Shown one piece after another: positions 46,480 through 58,858 of a DNA stretch of 64,000 nt. The stretch is taken from assembly GCF_018350175.1 (NCBI RefSeq), contig NC_058368.1:177384001-177448000 (forward strand), given 5' to 3'. The translations under genes were made by a program, and so were the position numbers. Under the pieces are notes generated by a model. That model saw only the letters and a list, made by a program, of their open reading frames with translations, was not told the DNA's origin and did not search any database. Within the stretch, counting starts at the first letter, position 1. Each line of letters begins with the position of its first letter. The stretch is from Felis catus (taxonomy: Eukaryota).

Positions 46480-46690
46480 GTGGAGCCACGGAGAGCCCAA
46501 TGTGAACCCCGGCTCCACCACCAATTCAGTGTGTTACCTTGGGCCGGCCACTTTGCCCCCTTGCCTCAGTTTTCTCATCTGTAAGATGGGGGAGGGGGGG
46601 AAGCAGCCATCTGTAAGGCTGGTGTAGAGGTCGGAGACAGAGTATGTAAAGTGTTTGGCTCGTGGGAGGTGTTAACAGATTTTAATTGCC
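46480..46690 (+). mobile_element. MIR remnant
   Basis: 'tgtgttaccttgggc...tgcctcagttttctcatctgtaagatgggg'. Confidence 0.8.
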
Positions 46691-47684
46691 CATCACCTTG
46701 CTAATATGGAAAAACTCGCTGCTGTGCCTCAGGGCCCCCTCTCTCCACTCTGAGCTTTGGGAAGAGGTAGCCCTGGGCACCCCACCTCCCCCACCTCCCC
46801 CACAAGACGAAGGAAAGCAGATCTGTGGGTTCCTTGAGACAGGGATGGGCCGCCTGGGTTAGCAGGTGTCTACAGTAGGCCAGCAAGGGGGATGACACTG
46901 TATGACCCACTCAGATAGGAATCAAGGAGGAAAGTAATTACTCCTCAGGAGGAAGGGACCTACGGGAAATGAGGCCCTAACTTACCCAAGCATGTCTCTG
47001 TCATCTGCAGACATTGCCTATCCCAGTCCCTGTAGGAGGTGGAGCTGGCTCCCACGTGGGTCCCTCTGGTTCATCCACACTGAGCCAAGGTGGCCTCCGC
47101 GTCCGTAGTCCAGCCATGGGCATCATTCAATTTGAAATGTTCATTACTGCATTTTATGTTTATCAGGCCATTCATTCAATTGGTAATTCAACAGGTGCTG
47201 AAGCACCTGCCGTGTGCCGGGCAGGCTTCGGACAGGGAGCTCAGTCAGACCCAGTCTAGTGGGAGGGTGGGTGGGCACGTCCAAAAGGAGGAGCCCGGGA
47301 GGAACCCCATTCCATCCGCCAGGGGCCGAACAGGGTGGGAGTGGACACATCAGTCTCAGAGAAGAAGTTCCCTGAACTGACTCACTTTTCTCCATCTCAA
47401 GACAACACGACTGCACCTACCTAATGTTTCAAAACTTCCCTTAAAACTGTTGTCAGGTGCCTACTTCATTACACAATGTCTCTAAGACCAGGAGGGACTC
47501 AGTGAGTGAGGGTTGAGGATGGACGTCTAGCTCGAGTGTGTGGGAGGTGAGTGGGACTGAGGATTTTCTAAGGAGACGTTGCGGCCTCGGAACCCCAATC
47601 TGGAAGCCCTTGGATGCCCAGGGGCTGCTCCATGTGCTGAGCGCTGGGGCATCAGGTAGGGATGCCAAGTTCTGTATCTTTCTT

Positions 47685-47907
47685 TTTTTTTTTTTAAATT
47701 TTTTTAATGTTTATTTATTTTTGACACATAGAGACAGAGAGCGAGTCGGGGAGGGGCAGAGAGAGAGAGGGAGACACAGAATCTGAAGCAGGCTCCAGGT
47801 CCGAGCTGTCAGCACAGAGCCTGAGGCGGGGCTCGAACTCAGGAATGGCAAGATTATGATCTGAGCTGACGTCAGACGCTTAATGGACTGAGCCACCCAG
47901 GCGCCCC
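47685..47907 (-). mobile_element. Can-SINE
   Basis: Imperfect TSD agttctgtatctttctt (47668-47684) / agttctgcaccctttctt (47908-47925). Confidence 0.95.
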
Positions 47908-49044
47908 AGTTCTGCACCCTTTCTTAAAGGGGAAAACAATGAGCCTGGTCGGAGGAGTGGGGCAGAGTGACCAGGAAACGCAGAACACGGCCATCCATCT
48001 GGCCTAGTTGGAAGAGGTAAGTCATTGAGGAAGGTTTTCTGAAGGAAGTGACCTGTAAGCTGGAACGGGAGGGTGGTGTGGATGATACCACCTAGGCAAA
48101 GAGGAGCAGAAGGAGCTTTCTGGGCAGACGTGAGAAAGTGAGGGAAGCCTGGAGCAAGGCGGAGCTGAAGCTACGCAGTGTGCTCGCAGTATATGTGAAG
48201 AAAAGGGTCTGGAAGGGTAATCAGACGCCAGGTCCTGGGGCTGTGGTCCTCGGGTCAGGGGGTGACACCAGGGCCGGTGATTTTCTGACCTTACTCCATT
48301 CTGGATCCTTTGCCTCCATTCTCTGCTCTACCCCATGGTGTGCCCTGCTAGTTGCTAATGTGACCGGTTCTTTCTCCTGCTTGAATGCTCTACAGACCCA
48401 CATGGTCCTCAGGACAAAATCCAGACTCCTTACCATGGTTTTCAAGGGTCCCCAAATCATCAATAGCATGGTTACGCTTTCTGAGCTCTGTCTCCCCTCC
48501 ACACCCTAAACACCTGGTAGTTCAGGGTCAGGTCCTCTTATGTCTTGAAAACTCGAGGGCGGGACACCCACCAATGTGACAGATGAGAACGCCGAGGCTC
48601 ACTTTGCCCATTTAGTCTGGCATGATTCCATTCCTATTTCTTCTTCCCAAGGTGAGGACAAGGAAGTGGCCCTCCTGAACCGGGCTCTTGTATGGTGGCT
48701 CTTTGGCCACTGGGGTCCAGAACATGTTAGTGACTCTCGCTTCTGACCGCTCTAGTGATAATTTATGCCATCACGCCTGCTGTGAGCTCTAGCTTTCCAT
48801 TACCTCACGCCCAGCTCCTGGGTCACTGGCCAGACTCATGGGCAGGAAGTCATCTTTCCTGCCCACTGTTGCCTCCACACAGGGGCAGTGAGAGTGGGGG
48901 AGCACTGACCCCTGCGGGGTCACCATGCCAGGGCCGTAGGGGACCCCCTCCAGGATGTTGGGGGTCAGGAATGTGTGTGCGGGAGGGTGTAGCTAGGTGA
49001 CAGAAGGACCCAGTGAGAATCTTTCATGCTGGTAAGAAAATCTA

Positions 49045-49300
49045 ACATTTACTCAGTGCCTCCTCAGTGCCTCAGAGCCTACTCAGGCTATTTACTCAGT
49101 GCCTACTATGTGACAGGCTCTGGGTTGAATGCTTTACATATTTTAATCTCATTTAACTTTACAGCTCTAAGATTAGAAATAGTTATGGTCACCGACCCCA
49201 TTTTACAGATGAGAAAACTGAGGCACAGAGACGTTAAATAAATTGCCCAAAGTCATACAGCCTGCCGTGCTGGAGTTTGAACTGGGAAGTTGGACCATTG
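49045..49300 (-). mobile_element. MIR
   Basis: 'ccccattttacagatgagaaaactgaggcacagagacgttaaataaattgcccaaagtcatacagc'. Confidence 0.9.
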
Positions 49301-49904
49301 GACATGTGCTCTTGTTAAGCGGCTTTCTTTCATGCTTCCCATTTTACAGATGGGGAAGCTGGGGCCAGAGGGGGAAGAAGGGATTGTCTCACGCAGCAGG
49401 ACCTCAGAGAACAGCTATTCCATGATGTGAAAAAGTCCAGGTGCTTTCTGGCTACACTTACTTGCTGAAGAAAATACACCCTGCCTTTTGGTAATTTGGC
49501 TCTGTGGTCACCCAGACGTGGGTTCAATCCCCACTGAGTGATGTTGGCCAAGCAACTTCCCCTCTTGGAGCCCCACTTTCCTTACGTGTGACATGACACC
49601 AGTGCACCCTCTCTTGTGCCTTCATGGGCGGGAGAGGGGCTGAGGCCGGTGATTTGCAGGAAGAGTGAGCAGGCAACACAGGGGAACCACTTGTCTTAAC
49701 TGCCATCACCCCATCAGCTTCCACACAGGATCGGGGGCCCCGGTGGTAAGAGCACTAGTGTAATAAAGACTAAGATCAAGGAATGCAAAGCAAAAGACAG
49801 TAGCTAGAGAAAGAGGAGAGAAGTCACATCATGAGGCCTCGAGAAGATAGCCCTTGGGGCTTAGCGGGCAGTCTGCTGGAGCCGTGAAGCAGTGACCTTT
49901 CGGG

Positions 49905-50080
49905 TCAGGGTCCCCGGGCCCAGATCTCAGCTCCACCACTTACTGGTTCTTGGACTTCGGGCAGATGACTTGACCTCCCTATGTCTCTGTGTCCCCGTCT
50001 GCAAACGAAACTAGCCCTTGGGGTCATGGTCGTGAGGGTTCCCCGAGCTAAAGCAAAGAGCGCGGGGCTGGCTTTGAGTG
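49905..50080 (+). mobile_element. MIR remnant with a GC-shifted 3' half
   Basis: 'ctcagctccaccacttactgg...acttcgggcagatgacttgacctccct'. Confidence 0.7.
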
Positions 50081-50504
50081 TACTATTCCTGACGCGACAT
50101 GTGTTTGCGCAGCCCTGGATGTGGAGCCAGTAGGACTGTTCCGAGGACGAAATGAGATTCGGCCCGATTAGCCGGTTGCATCTGTTGCCCGGAACTCGGA
50201 CACAAGGACGGTCACGTTTTCTCCATTCTGCTAAGGCACCTTAAATCTGGCTCCATATGCACCTGGCTGGCAGGATATTCAGTCTCAGCTCTTTAGGGGT
50301 GCAGAGTAGGGACAGGCTTGCTTTCCCTAAACGAGAATTCTGGAAACCTTACGTGGACCGAAAATCAGGGCTGGGCGTCTGGTCTTCCTTACTTGTCCAA
50401 GGCCTCAAACTCTGTTGTCAGGGATTCTCTGCTTGTGGCATCCACTCCCTTGGTGCCCATCTGGGCTATGGATACTTCACTGGGCTTCTGAGGACAAGGC
50501 AAGG

Positions 50505-50680
50505 CAAGGCCAGCCTCCTGAGGGTCTAACCTGTGCAGTTGGACAGAGCCCCATGCTCAGAAGGCCTAATGCTTGGCTTAACTGCTCTCTGTCACTGTCT
50601 GGCAATTCTGAATAATTTTGGAACAAGGGATTTGCATTTTTGTTTTGCACCGGGCTCTGCAAATTAGGTAGCTGGTCCTG
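50505..50680 (+). mobile_element. MER53 (hAT MITE), full length
   Basis: 'acctgtgcagttggacagagccccatgctcagaagg', 'aataattttggaacaaggg', terminal 'gcaaattaggtagctggtcctg'. Confidence 0.88.
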
Positions 50681-51069
50681 CCCGGAGGGTCTGTGTCATT
50701 CTCCCTGGAATGATTCTACTCCTCCAGGGCCCTTTATGGGAGCAGGAGGCCCCTCTCTGCTGCATGGGGAGCCCACACCCTCCACCACGTACCCATCCTT
50801 GGAAATCTTATGTGTCTTTCATTTCTTGGAATCGGACAGGCCAGTTCTTTGTGTCTCTGAACCTAACATTTTGAAAATAGCTAAGCCCCTTACCTCTTGC
50901 ATGGGCTAGGGAAACCTCTGTCCTTTAGGGCACAAGCTCTCCCCCGCCTTTCCTCCTTCAAAGAGAAAAGGGGAAATCCTCTTATTCTTTCAAGAGCAGC
51001 CTCCTTGAACCCCTCACACAGCTTATTCCTCCATCAGGGAACATTGCCTGAGAGCTGGGCAAGTCGTCA

Positions 51070-51520
51070 CTCCTTGAATTCACACGGCCTGAGGTCGGCA
51101 GTCATTAATGCTCCTATTTTACAGATGAATAAACTGAGGCCTAGAAAGGTTCAGAGACTTGCTAAAGATCACACGGCTTCCCAGCTGCCCCACTCTTCTC
51201 AAAGTTTTCATAGACCTGGCCAGAGAAGGGAGACAATGGGAGTATGAGTCAGCAAAGTTTTCACTGATGTAATTTTCAGTCCTCTAAAGTGAAAGCATGG
51301 GCTCAGTCTAGAACTCAGAGAAATCTAGACTATTTCCTATTACATACCTACTATATGATGGACGCGGTCTGGAGAGTTAACATGCCTATCTCTTTTGTTC
51401 CTCACAATAGCTCAGTGAGGTGTTAATACTAATGCTCCCATTGAGCAGATGAGGAAACTGAGGTTTGAAGCAGCTCAGAACCATGCTCGAGGTCACAGGG
51501 GCTAGAGAATTAGAAGCTGG
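51070..51520 (-). mobile_element. Two MIR remnants (~51070-51180, ~51330-51520)
   Basis: 'attttacagatgaataaactgaggcctagaaagg' and 'cagatgaggaaactgagg'. Confidence 0.8.
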
Positions 51521-52774
51521 GAAGTTATCATTGTTTTTATAAGGAAAACTGCCTCTTGGCTGGTTTGTTAGCTGGGAGGCTGTGAAGGGCCGCCCCGTCC
51601 CAGTTACATCATGCGGTGCGGTCGGGAAGGTCCGTGTGGGAGACGCAGAACTGCTGGGAGGATGGTTTCAATTTTTGAGCCATGGTCTGACCACTTATGT
51701 TTTTGAAAATTAAAAATTAAATCTTGCCTCTGGCCCGAGAGCCAAGAAGCGATACTCTGCTGGTGGAGTCCTGCGCACTGGTCCTTGTGAATTGGGAGTT
51801 CTCCGTGGTGAGGGAAACGACAGTTGTGGTTGCCAAAGCGTAGATCATCCTTCCTGCAGCCCTGGAACCGAAGAGTTACTGCCGTGGGTGAGAGCCGGGT
51901 GCCTCCGGGTGCTGGTGAATTTGAAAGACCTCAATATTCTGGGATCTGCTAGAAACTCTATCCAGGAGCAGGGCGGAGCTGCGCACTGTGCGGGGGCCCT
52001 GCCAGTGGGGGGAGAGGTCAGGGCCTAGAGGACAACGCCTATTCAGACAAGAGTCTGCAGCAGGAGCCAAGGGAATGCATGCTCGCGATACGGCTTCTGC
52101 AGGACCACCGAGTCTCTGGAACTTTCTTCTTTCTCTCTCTGAACTTGTCCCCAGAGAGCCCAGTCCTGTCAGGCCTGCCACCAAATAGCCCTCAGATCTG
52201 TTCGCTCACCCCTTGGTCTCCCTGCCCCGGGCCTTGCTGCCTCCCCACTGGTCACTGTACCAAGAGGAGGACCCGACCAGACTTCTGGGGCAAAACCTTC
52301 AGGCGTCCCCACTGCATAAACCTGACACATTTGAGGATCTGGCGGTGGCCTGGCTCTCCAGCCTCGTCCTCTGCCACCTTTTCCATGCCAGTAATGGCAA
52401 ACCATGGGAAGTTCCCCAAATATGCCCCCATCTCTCCCACCCTTTGCCTCTTCTGCCTCTCTGCCTGGGAAGGTCGTGGTCACCTGCCCTAACTCCACTG
52501 GCAGTCATCCTGGATGTCAAGCTCAATCTGGGAGAAATTGGAGTTGGTCTCTTGCCCTGGACTCACAGCTCCTGGAAGGCAGTAACTGGTACTTCCAGGT
52601 TCCACGTTCCAGGTTCCCAGCTCCATGAGTTTGTCAAATTACAGTAAAAGGAAATCAAGTTGAGTCTAGCTCCCGCGGAGTGTAGAGTCCCAGCAACAGA
52701 CAATGAAGGAGAGAAGATTCTCCGATCTAGAGAATCCAGAGCTCCAATCCTAGATCAGAATCTGACTGATAGTT

Positions 52775-53200
52775 CTTGTTCAATTAAGTATTTCTTGAGC
52801 ACATGCTCTGTGGTCCAGGTTCAGTTACAGGGCTCGGGACTAGATCCTGTTTTGCTGGCTACTCTCCACAAGGTTTCCTGGAGGGCACAGATGAGATGGG
52901 GAGCGAGAATCCACATGTCAGTGAGCAAACGCAAGTGCAGTTACAAGCTGGGGTAAGACACTGAAGGGCGAAAGCCAACTGAGAAAGTAGAGGGGCCTAC
53001 TTGGACAGTGTGGTCAGAAGGTATCTGGAGAGGGAGGCATTGAAGCTGAGGACTGGAGGCCTTGGGAAGGGCCCTCCAGGTTGAGGGATCAGCACTGGCA
53101 AAGCCTGGGAGGCGGGAAAGAGCTTGGTGCTTTGGAGGGACATAAGGGGAGTGGGTGTCACTGGAGCGGAGTGAGGGAGGAGTGGGCGACATGCAAAAGG
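52775..53200 (-). mobile_element. L2 3' remnant
   Basis: 'aagtatttcttgagcacatgctctgtg', 'cattgaagctgaggactggagg', 'cagcactggcaaagcctgggaggcgggaaagagcttgg'. Confidence 0.7.
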
Positions 53201-53599
53201 CGGTCTGGATGCCTCTTCTCTCATCCTCCTTGTAGCTCAGCCCCTTTCTTGCCCCGGAAAACCCTATCTTTGAACAGCATGATGCTTTCTTGGGGAAGTG
53301 TGTGCAGGCTCCTGGCATCCCTTACCCCCATGAAGGGCTGTCTGCTCTGTCAGCCTGGGTATGGGAAGAGGAAGTCAAGACCGTTGGGGAACTTATTCTC
53401 CGGGCCCAGAGGGACCAAGTGGATGGCAGGTTTGGCTTTGAAGTTGCTCTTTTCTGAGATCACATCTTTGGGAGAAATGCAAGCATACCACAACCCTGGG
53501 GGACACTGCAAAGACATGCTTTAAGCCTCCCCGTGGGTGCTGGCTGATAAGGAGAGGGAGGCACCTTGGACCGCCCCCCGTGCCTGAGGTGGAGGTCCA

Positions 53600-53835
53600 G
53601 CTTAGTGGTTGAGGGTGCAGGTGCCTGAGTTTGAAGATGCATTTCACCCTGTAACTACTGGTAATCTTGGATAACTTACTGGAACATCCTCCACCCCCCT
53701 CCCCATCCTATTTACATAAAGGAGACAATAGGACATAGAGTCAGCATGAGATTAAAGGAGTTATTGAATGTCAGGTACTTGAAGAGTGCCCAACGCATAG
53801 TTGCGGTTCAATGGGCTTCAACAACTATTATTGTT
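53600..53835 (+). mobile_element. MIR remnant
   Basis: 'tagtggttgagggtgcagg', 'tcttggataacttact', 'gagtgcccaacgcatagttgcggttcaat'. Confidence 0.65.
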
Positions 53836-53861
53836 AATATTTGTATACCTTTAAAAAAAAC

Positions 53862-54068
53862 TGGTTATTTATTTAGTTTTGAGACAGAGAGAGACAGAGC
53901 ATGAGCAGGGGAGGGGCAGAGAGAGAGGGAGACACAGAATCTGAAGCAGGCTCCAGGCTCCGAGCTGTCAGCACAGAGCCCACGATGCGGGGCTCGAACC
54001 CACCAACCGTGAGATCACGACCCGAGCCAGAGTTGGACGCTTAACAGACTGAACCACCCAGGTGCCCC
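53862..54068 (-). mobile_element. Can-SINE
   Basis: Complete head and (GA)n; TSD not clear. Confidence 0.94.
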
Positions 54069-54462
54069 AAGTTTTGTTATTAATCACCAGGCCTCACGTG
54101 CCTGAGGAATTGCCCACACCTGGCCAGCAGAGCGTGCGGTACTGAGAGGCTACAAGCCTCAAAGTTCTCCAGAAACGTCCACTGCGGTTCGACAGAGTGT
54201 CCACGGTGCATTCGGTTTGTTGTACCCAGCAGCTGGTTCCCCAGGGAAATTCTCGCTGAGATTTATTGGGTACAGGGCCAGGTAAATATACTGTTTATTC
54301 CTTCCTTCCCTCCAGCGTTTCCATCCAGGGATGCTTGGGTGCCGTAATGGAAATCTGGGGTTTATATTCTCATTAAACTCAATGAGCAACCTGATCCTAT
54401 CTGTGTCCAACTTCATTTCATCCAGTTATCAAGCGCTGGGCCTTAACAAAACCAAAAATTTA

Positions 54463-54468
<6 letters not shown>

Positions 54469-54497
<29 letters not shown>
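54469..54497. repeat. Poly(A)29 with no attached retroelement body
   Basis: Direct reading. Confidence 0.95.
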
Positions 54498-54498
<1 letters not shown>

Positions 54499-56044
54499 CC
54501 TTTTTATTGTTTGTTTTCCCTACAGCCATTTTCCTCTGATTTAAAGTCATGTGATTCCAGTGAAATATGATCCATATGTTTTTGATTCATTTGCTGATTA
54601 ACTAATGATTGTAAAAATGGCTTTGAAATGACAAAGTTTAGTACAAAGTCTCAGCTTCATTATTATTTACACTTAGACATCAAATAGCTCTTGTGAAAGA
54701 TTTTGTTAAGTGGCTGAGGGGCTTTTCTGGTCAAATTTCTGTTTTCTTTTGAATTTGCGATGGCGGCTGCCGCTTTTTCTTCCACCTCCTCCTCCTCTGC
54801 CCCTTTTTAATTTATTTTGGGTGAGAATTCATTAGAACTTGAGTCCAGAAAGCTTGTTTGAGATTCAGACTCATCGTGGTGAGTAGTGGGTTGTACGTCC
54901 ACCTGAACAAGCCTGTTTCGCCCCACAAAGAACCCACGGCCTAGAAAACTGGGCGAACTTCTCAGGTGAGGCCATCAGGGATCAGGTGGAGCGTTCAAAG
55001 CATGTTCAGGCTCAAAACAAAACTCTAAGATTTCAAAACTGGGAATAAAACGGTCTAGGGATGTTTGTTTTCTTGAGATATTTGAAGAGGAAAAGACAAA
55101 AAAAATCTAGGGGAATTGGTTGGATTTTATCTGAGAAGATTTATTTGTTCAAAAGTGAAAAGTTACGGGATCCCAAATCAAAGATAGATTTTTGTCTTCC
55201 TGTTTGTTTTTATCCTGCATTCTTCCTTCTCCCCACATCCAGGCTTTTGCCAAACGCCGTGGAAATTTTTCTTCATGAGCCCTCGCCCGTCAGCCCTGTG
55301 TTCTCCCTCTCCACACAACAGTTCTTTTTCTCTCTCACCAGGACCTGAACCATCACATTCGGTGGGCCTCTTGGCTTCTATCTTCCACCCTACCCCAGAA
55401 GGAACTTTCTAGTGTGTAGCTCAGAGCATGTCCCCCTGGTGCTTAAACTCTGTCCAAAGTAATGGTCTTTGTGGGTCAGTACTTACTGTATACAGTCTCT
55501 CTGCTTATCATGGATCGGCCTCCCTTTAGCCTCACTTAGATTCTTTGAAGGTTGTACCATATCCTCCCCATTTCACAGATGGGGAAGCTGAGAATCAGAG
55601 AAACAGAGTCACCCAGAGAGGAAGGACAGGACAGGAGGTCCAGCCCAGAGTCCTTGCCCCTGACCCGCAGGCTCTACCTCCCTGGGGTCCCTGCAGGAGT
55701 AAGTTCAAACTGCTGAGCATGGGCCCCAGGCCTGTAGTCCCTTGCCTGTCCCCTCTCCAGCCACATCTGACACTCCTCTCCTACGTATGCTCTGGCCTCC
55801 AGCGGTGCCAAACAATTAGTTCACACTTCCATGGCCAGGCACAGGCTGTTCCCTCTGATAGGAAACGCCCTTCTGCTCAGCCCCAGCTGTGCCCGGCACG
55901 CTTCTGTTTGTCCCTCAGAACCAACCTCCCGGGGCCGTCTTCTGCAAAGTCTCCCTCACCCACCTGGTCTCGGGTGGGCACTGACTGTCTCTGCCCTCCC
56001 AGCGTTCCCGCCCCTTCCTTCTCCTAGCGCCAGCACCCTCATGT

Positions 56045-56505
56045 GCAATCTCAGGAATAAGCAGGGAACCCAGACCTGGCCAATAGCTGATCAATGGCCT
56101 CACCTCTCTGGCCACGGTGATTGAGACCAGAGCAAGTTACATGGGACCTGAGCAAATCCAATGACGCTCCATCCTGGGCATTTGGCTGAAGTTAAAAGTA
56201 AACAGAGACTCTCTTTTCACTGGGATTGCTAACCACCTTGGCTTTGTAGACTAAGGAGCAGGTAACCTCTCTCTGGGGGACATCTCGCCTGTCAAGGACC
56301 CTTCTTGAAATTAAAGTCAACATGGCTGAAAGCACAGCTCAAAGCTGCAAAGAGATTCCTCTTAACCTTCAGTTCCTGGATCAAACCATGCTTGAAGCCA
56401 ATTCCCTGAACTTTGGGGAAACATGAGCCAGTCAGTCTCTGCCCCACCCCTGCCTCTTCTCCTAAGCCAGTTTGAGTTGGACTCCCGTCACTTGCCATCG
56501 AGTCA
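56045..56505 (+). mobile_element. ERVL LTR remnant (LTR16-like)
   Basis: 'ctggccacggtgattg', 'cctggatcaaaccatgcttgaagcca', 'taagccagtttgagttgg'. Confidence 0.65.
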
Positions 56506-56699
56506 TGGAGAATATCTCATCCAGGACAACGCTCTCTCCCCCTGGCAACCCCAGGGCACACACATGTGTCGTTCCTCATGCATTCACCCAACTGCAATTT
56601 GTTCAATCACGTATGTGGGCTACTGAACTCTGAGCTTCCTGGGAGCAAAGGCTATGCCTTCTTGAGCTCTGTTGTCTTGGCAGAGGCTAAGGTACAGCC

Positions 56700-57890
56700 T
56701 CAAGTTGGCATTAAAGTCATGGACTTTGAAGTCCATCAGACCCAGGTTCGAGTTCCAACTCGGCCACCTGATGACTGCACAGCATTGGCCGCATTCCTTT
56801 CTCTGCCTCCTTTCTAGTCTCAATTTCCTGAACACTCATTATAAAGGGTCATTAGGAAGAATGAGGGAGGAAGTTTCCACTACCCTTAGCACTGGGCCCT
56901 GCCAATTCTAGGCATTTAATAAGTGCTAGCTATGATTATTACTACATGTTGTTGGTCCAGTGGAGGCAGTCCTATGAAAATCACGGATAATCCCGGCAGT
57001 GGTGCAGCTCGGGCGCGGGAACAGTTCACATACAACCACAGCCACAGCTACCTGAAATTGTGGTGGCATTGTTCCGGACATCTGGAGACTCTGCGCTGGG
57101 ACAGGTGTAGGAGCACGGGAGGAAGTGAGCAGCCCCTCCCAGCCCTGCCCCCGAGGCCATGGCAGTTCTCAGGGCAGAAATGGGCATGGAAATGTGGGCC
57201 AGAGGAGGAAAGTCTAACTTCCCAAGGCTCTTTCTGACCAGCTTGCACACCCTCACCCCAGACTCGGATTGGGGCAGAGAGGAGCATGGTTAGGAGTTTG
57301 GGTGTTGGAGTCAGGCCATTCTAGGTTAAAACCTTGGCTCCCCGCTTCCCTAGCTGTGTGTCTCTAAGCAAGTTACTTACCCTCTCTGAACCTCTGACTC
57401 TTCAGCTTCAAGATGAGTTGTCTAGAAGAAAAATTGAGATCATGTAATGTAAGCTCTTAGACCAGTGCCAACAAATGGTAACTGTTATGATCAAAGATTA
57501 AAATCAAATCTGTGAGGACTCCAACTCCATGCTGCCCAGCACCCAGACCGGCCATTTGGATGGTAGCAGGAGCTGGGGCTCTAGGATATGTCTTCACAAG
57601 CCTCTGCTCAGTGGGATTCGATGGACAAACTCAGTCCTACCCCAAGGGTTGTGGTGGTGGAGAACGTGGATGTTGAAGCCCAGCTGCCTGCTGGTGAATT
57701 CTGGCTCTCCTAACTTATTTACTCTGCTATTTACTCCGCTTCCCTGTGCCTCAGTTATCTGCTCTGTACAATGGGGATAATCGCAGTATCTACCTCATGG
57801 GGTGGTTTGAGAATGACTAATACAAATAGTCAATACACTTAGAATTGTGCCTGACCCATTACCAGTTCTCCATAAATATTTGCTATCAGT
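56700..57890 (+). mobile_element. Three MIR copies (~56700-56945, ~57275-57490, ~57645-57890)
   Basis: e.g. 'agacccaggttcgagttccaactcggccac', 'tagctgtgtgtctctaagcaagttacttaccctctctgaacctc', 'gtgcctcagttatctgctctgtacaatggggataat'. Confidence 0.8.
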
Positions 57891-58628
57891 AATTCCTAGA
57901 ATACTTTAGTGACTGCCTATTGCAGTAGAAGATCTCGATCTCAAAAGAAATGGAGGAAACACGCCCGGCCTCCGTAAGCGTGTAGTCTGAACTGGGGCCA
58001 TAGTGAGAAGTAACAGTACAATGATAGCTAGTGAGTTCGAAAGCAGAAGTGACCACGTTCCTTTGACTTAGCGAGGAACAAAACCCAGAAGCTCTTGGAC
58101 CAGGCTCCTGGTCGCCATGAAGCGTGTGGATCCAGTCCTGAAGACAGTGGACTCTTCTTGTGCGACCTACCCAGAAGAATGGCTCTCTTCCTCCATTTCA
58201 GCCCTGTGGGTCTGGGGGAGGCTGGCGCTCAGAGAACCCCACTTTCCCAGCCACAGGGGTATCATGGCCAAGGCCCAGAAGTGGTTGGCCCGGCAAGGGC
58301 TCGTGACCCAGCCAGCACCTGGCTCGTGACCCAGCCAGGCAGGGAAGAGCTGTCTCTTCTGTAAGATGGGGACTGCATGGGCCATGCCCCCAGCTTTGTG
58401 GGGTTGCTGACGTGAGGGGATGAAGCCAAGACAACATAGGGAGGTCAAGGTGAGGGGAGAGAGAGAATGGATTCCTAGGTCTTGAAGTCCACCCGCCCAT
58501 CTCCTTCATCCGCTGATGATCACTCCTTTCCGTGGCTTAGTTACATGAGCCAATGGATCCCCTTGGTTGCCTCAGCTGCCATGTTGCATAGAATCTGACG
58601 TGCTGTGGATCATAGATGCACCATTATT

Positions 58629-58858
58629 ATTTTTTATTTTTTTAAATGTTTTATTTATTTTTGAGAGCGGGAGAGAGACAGAGTGTGAGTGGGGAGGGGC
58701 AGAGAGAGAGAGAGAGAGAGGGAGACACAGAATCCGAAGCAGGCTCCAGGCGCTGAGCTGTCAGCACAGAGCCCATCACGGGGCTCAAACCCACGAACTG
58801 TGAGATCATGACCTGAGCCAAAGTCTGACACTTAACCGACGAGCCACTCAGGCGCCCC
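58629..58858 (-). mobile_element. Can-SINE
   Basis: TSD gatgcaccattRtt (58615-58628 / 58859-58872). Confidence 0.96.

Noticed and set aside
54500..54884. Possible exon between acceptor ...ccctacAG (54525) and donor GTGAGT (54879)
   Set aside because: 353 nt, AT-rich with many stops; such signal pairs arise often by chance and nothing else supports it
58298..58338. Repeat-spacer-repeat pattern resembling a CRISPR array
   Set aside because: Only two units with a 5-nt spacer, no cas genes, mammalian context
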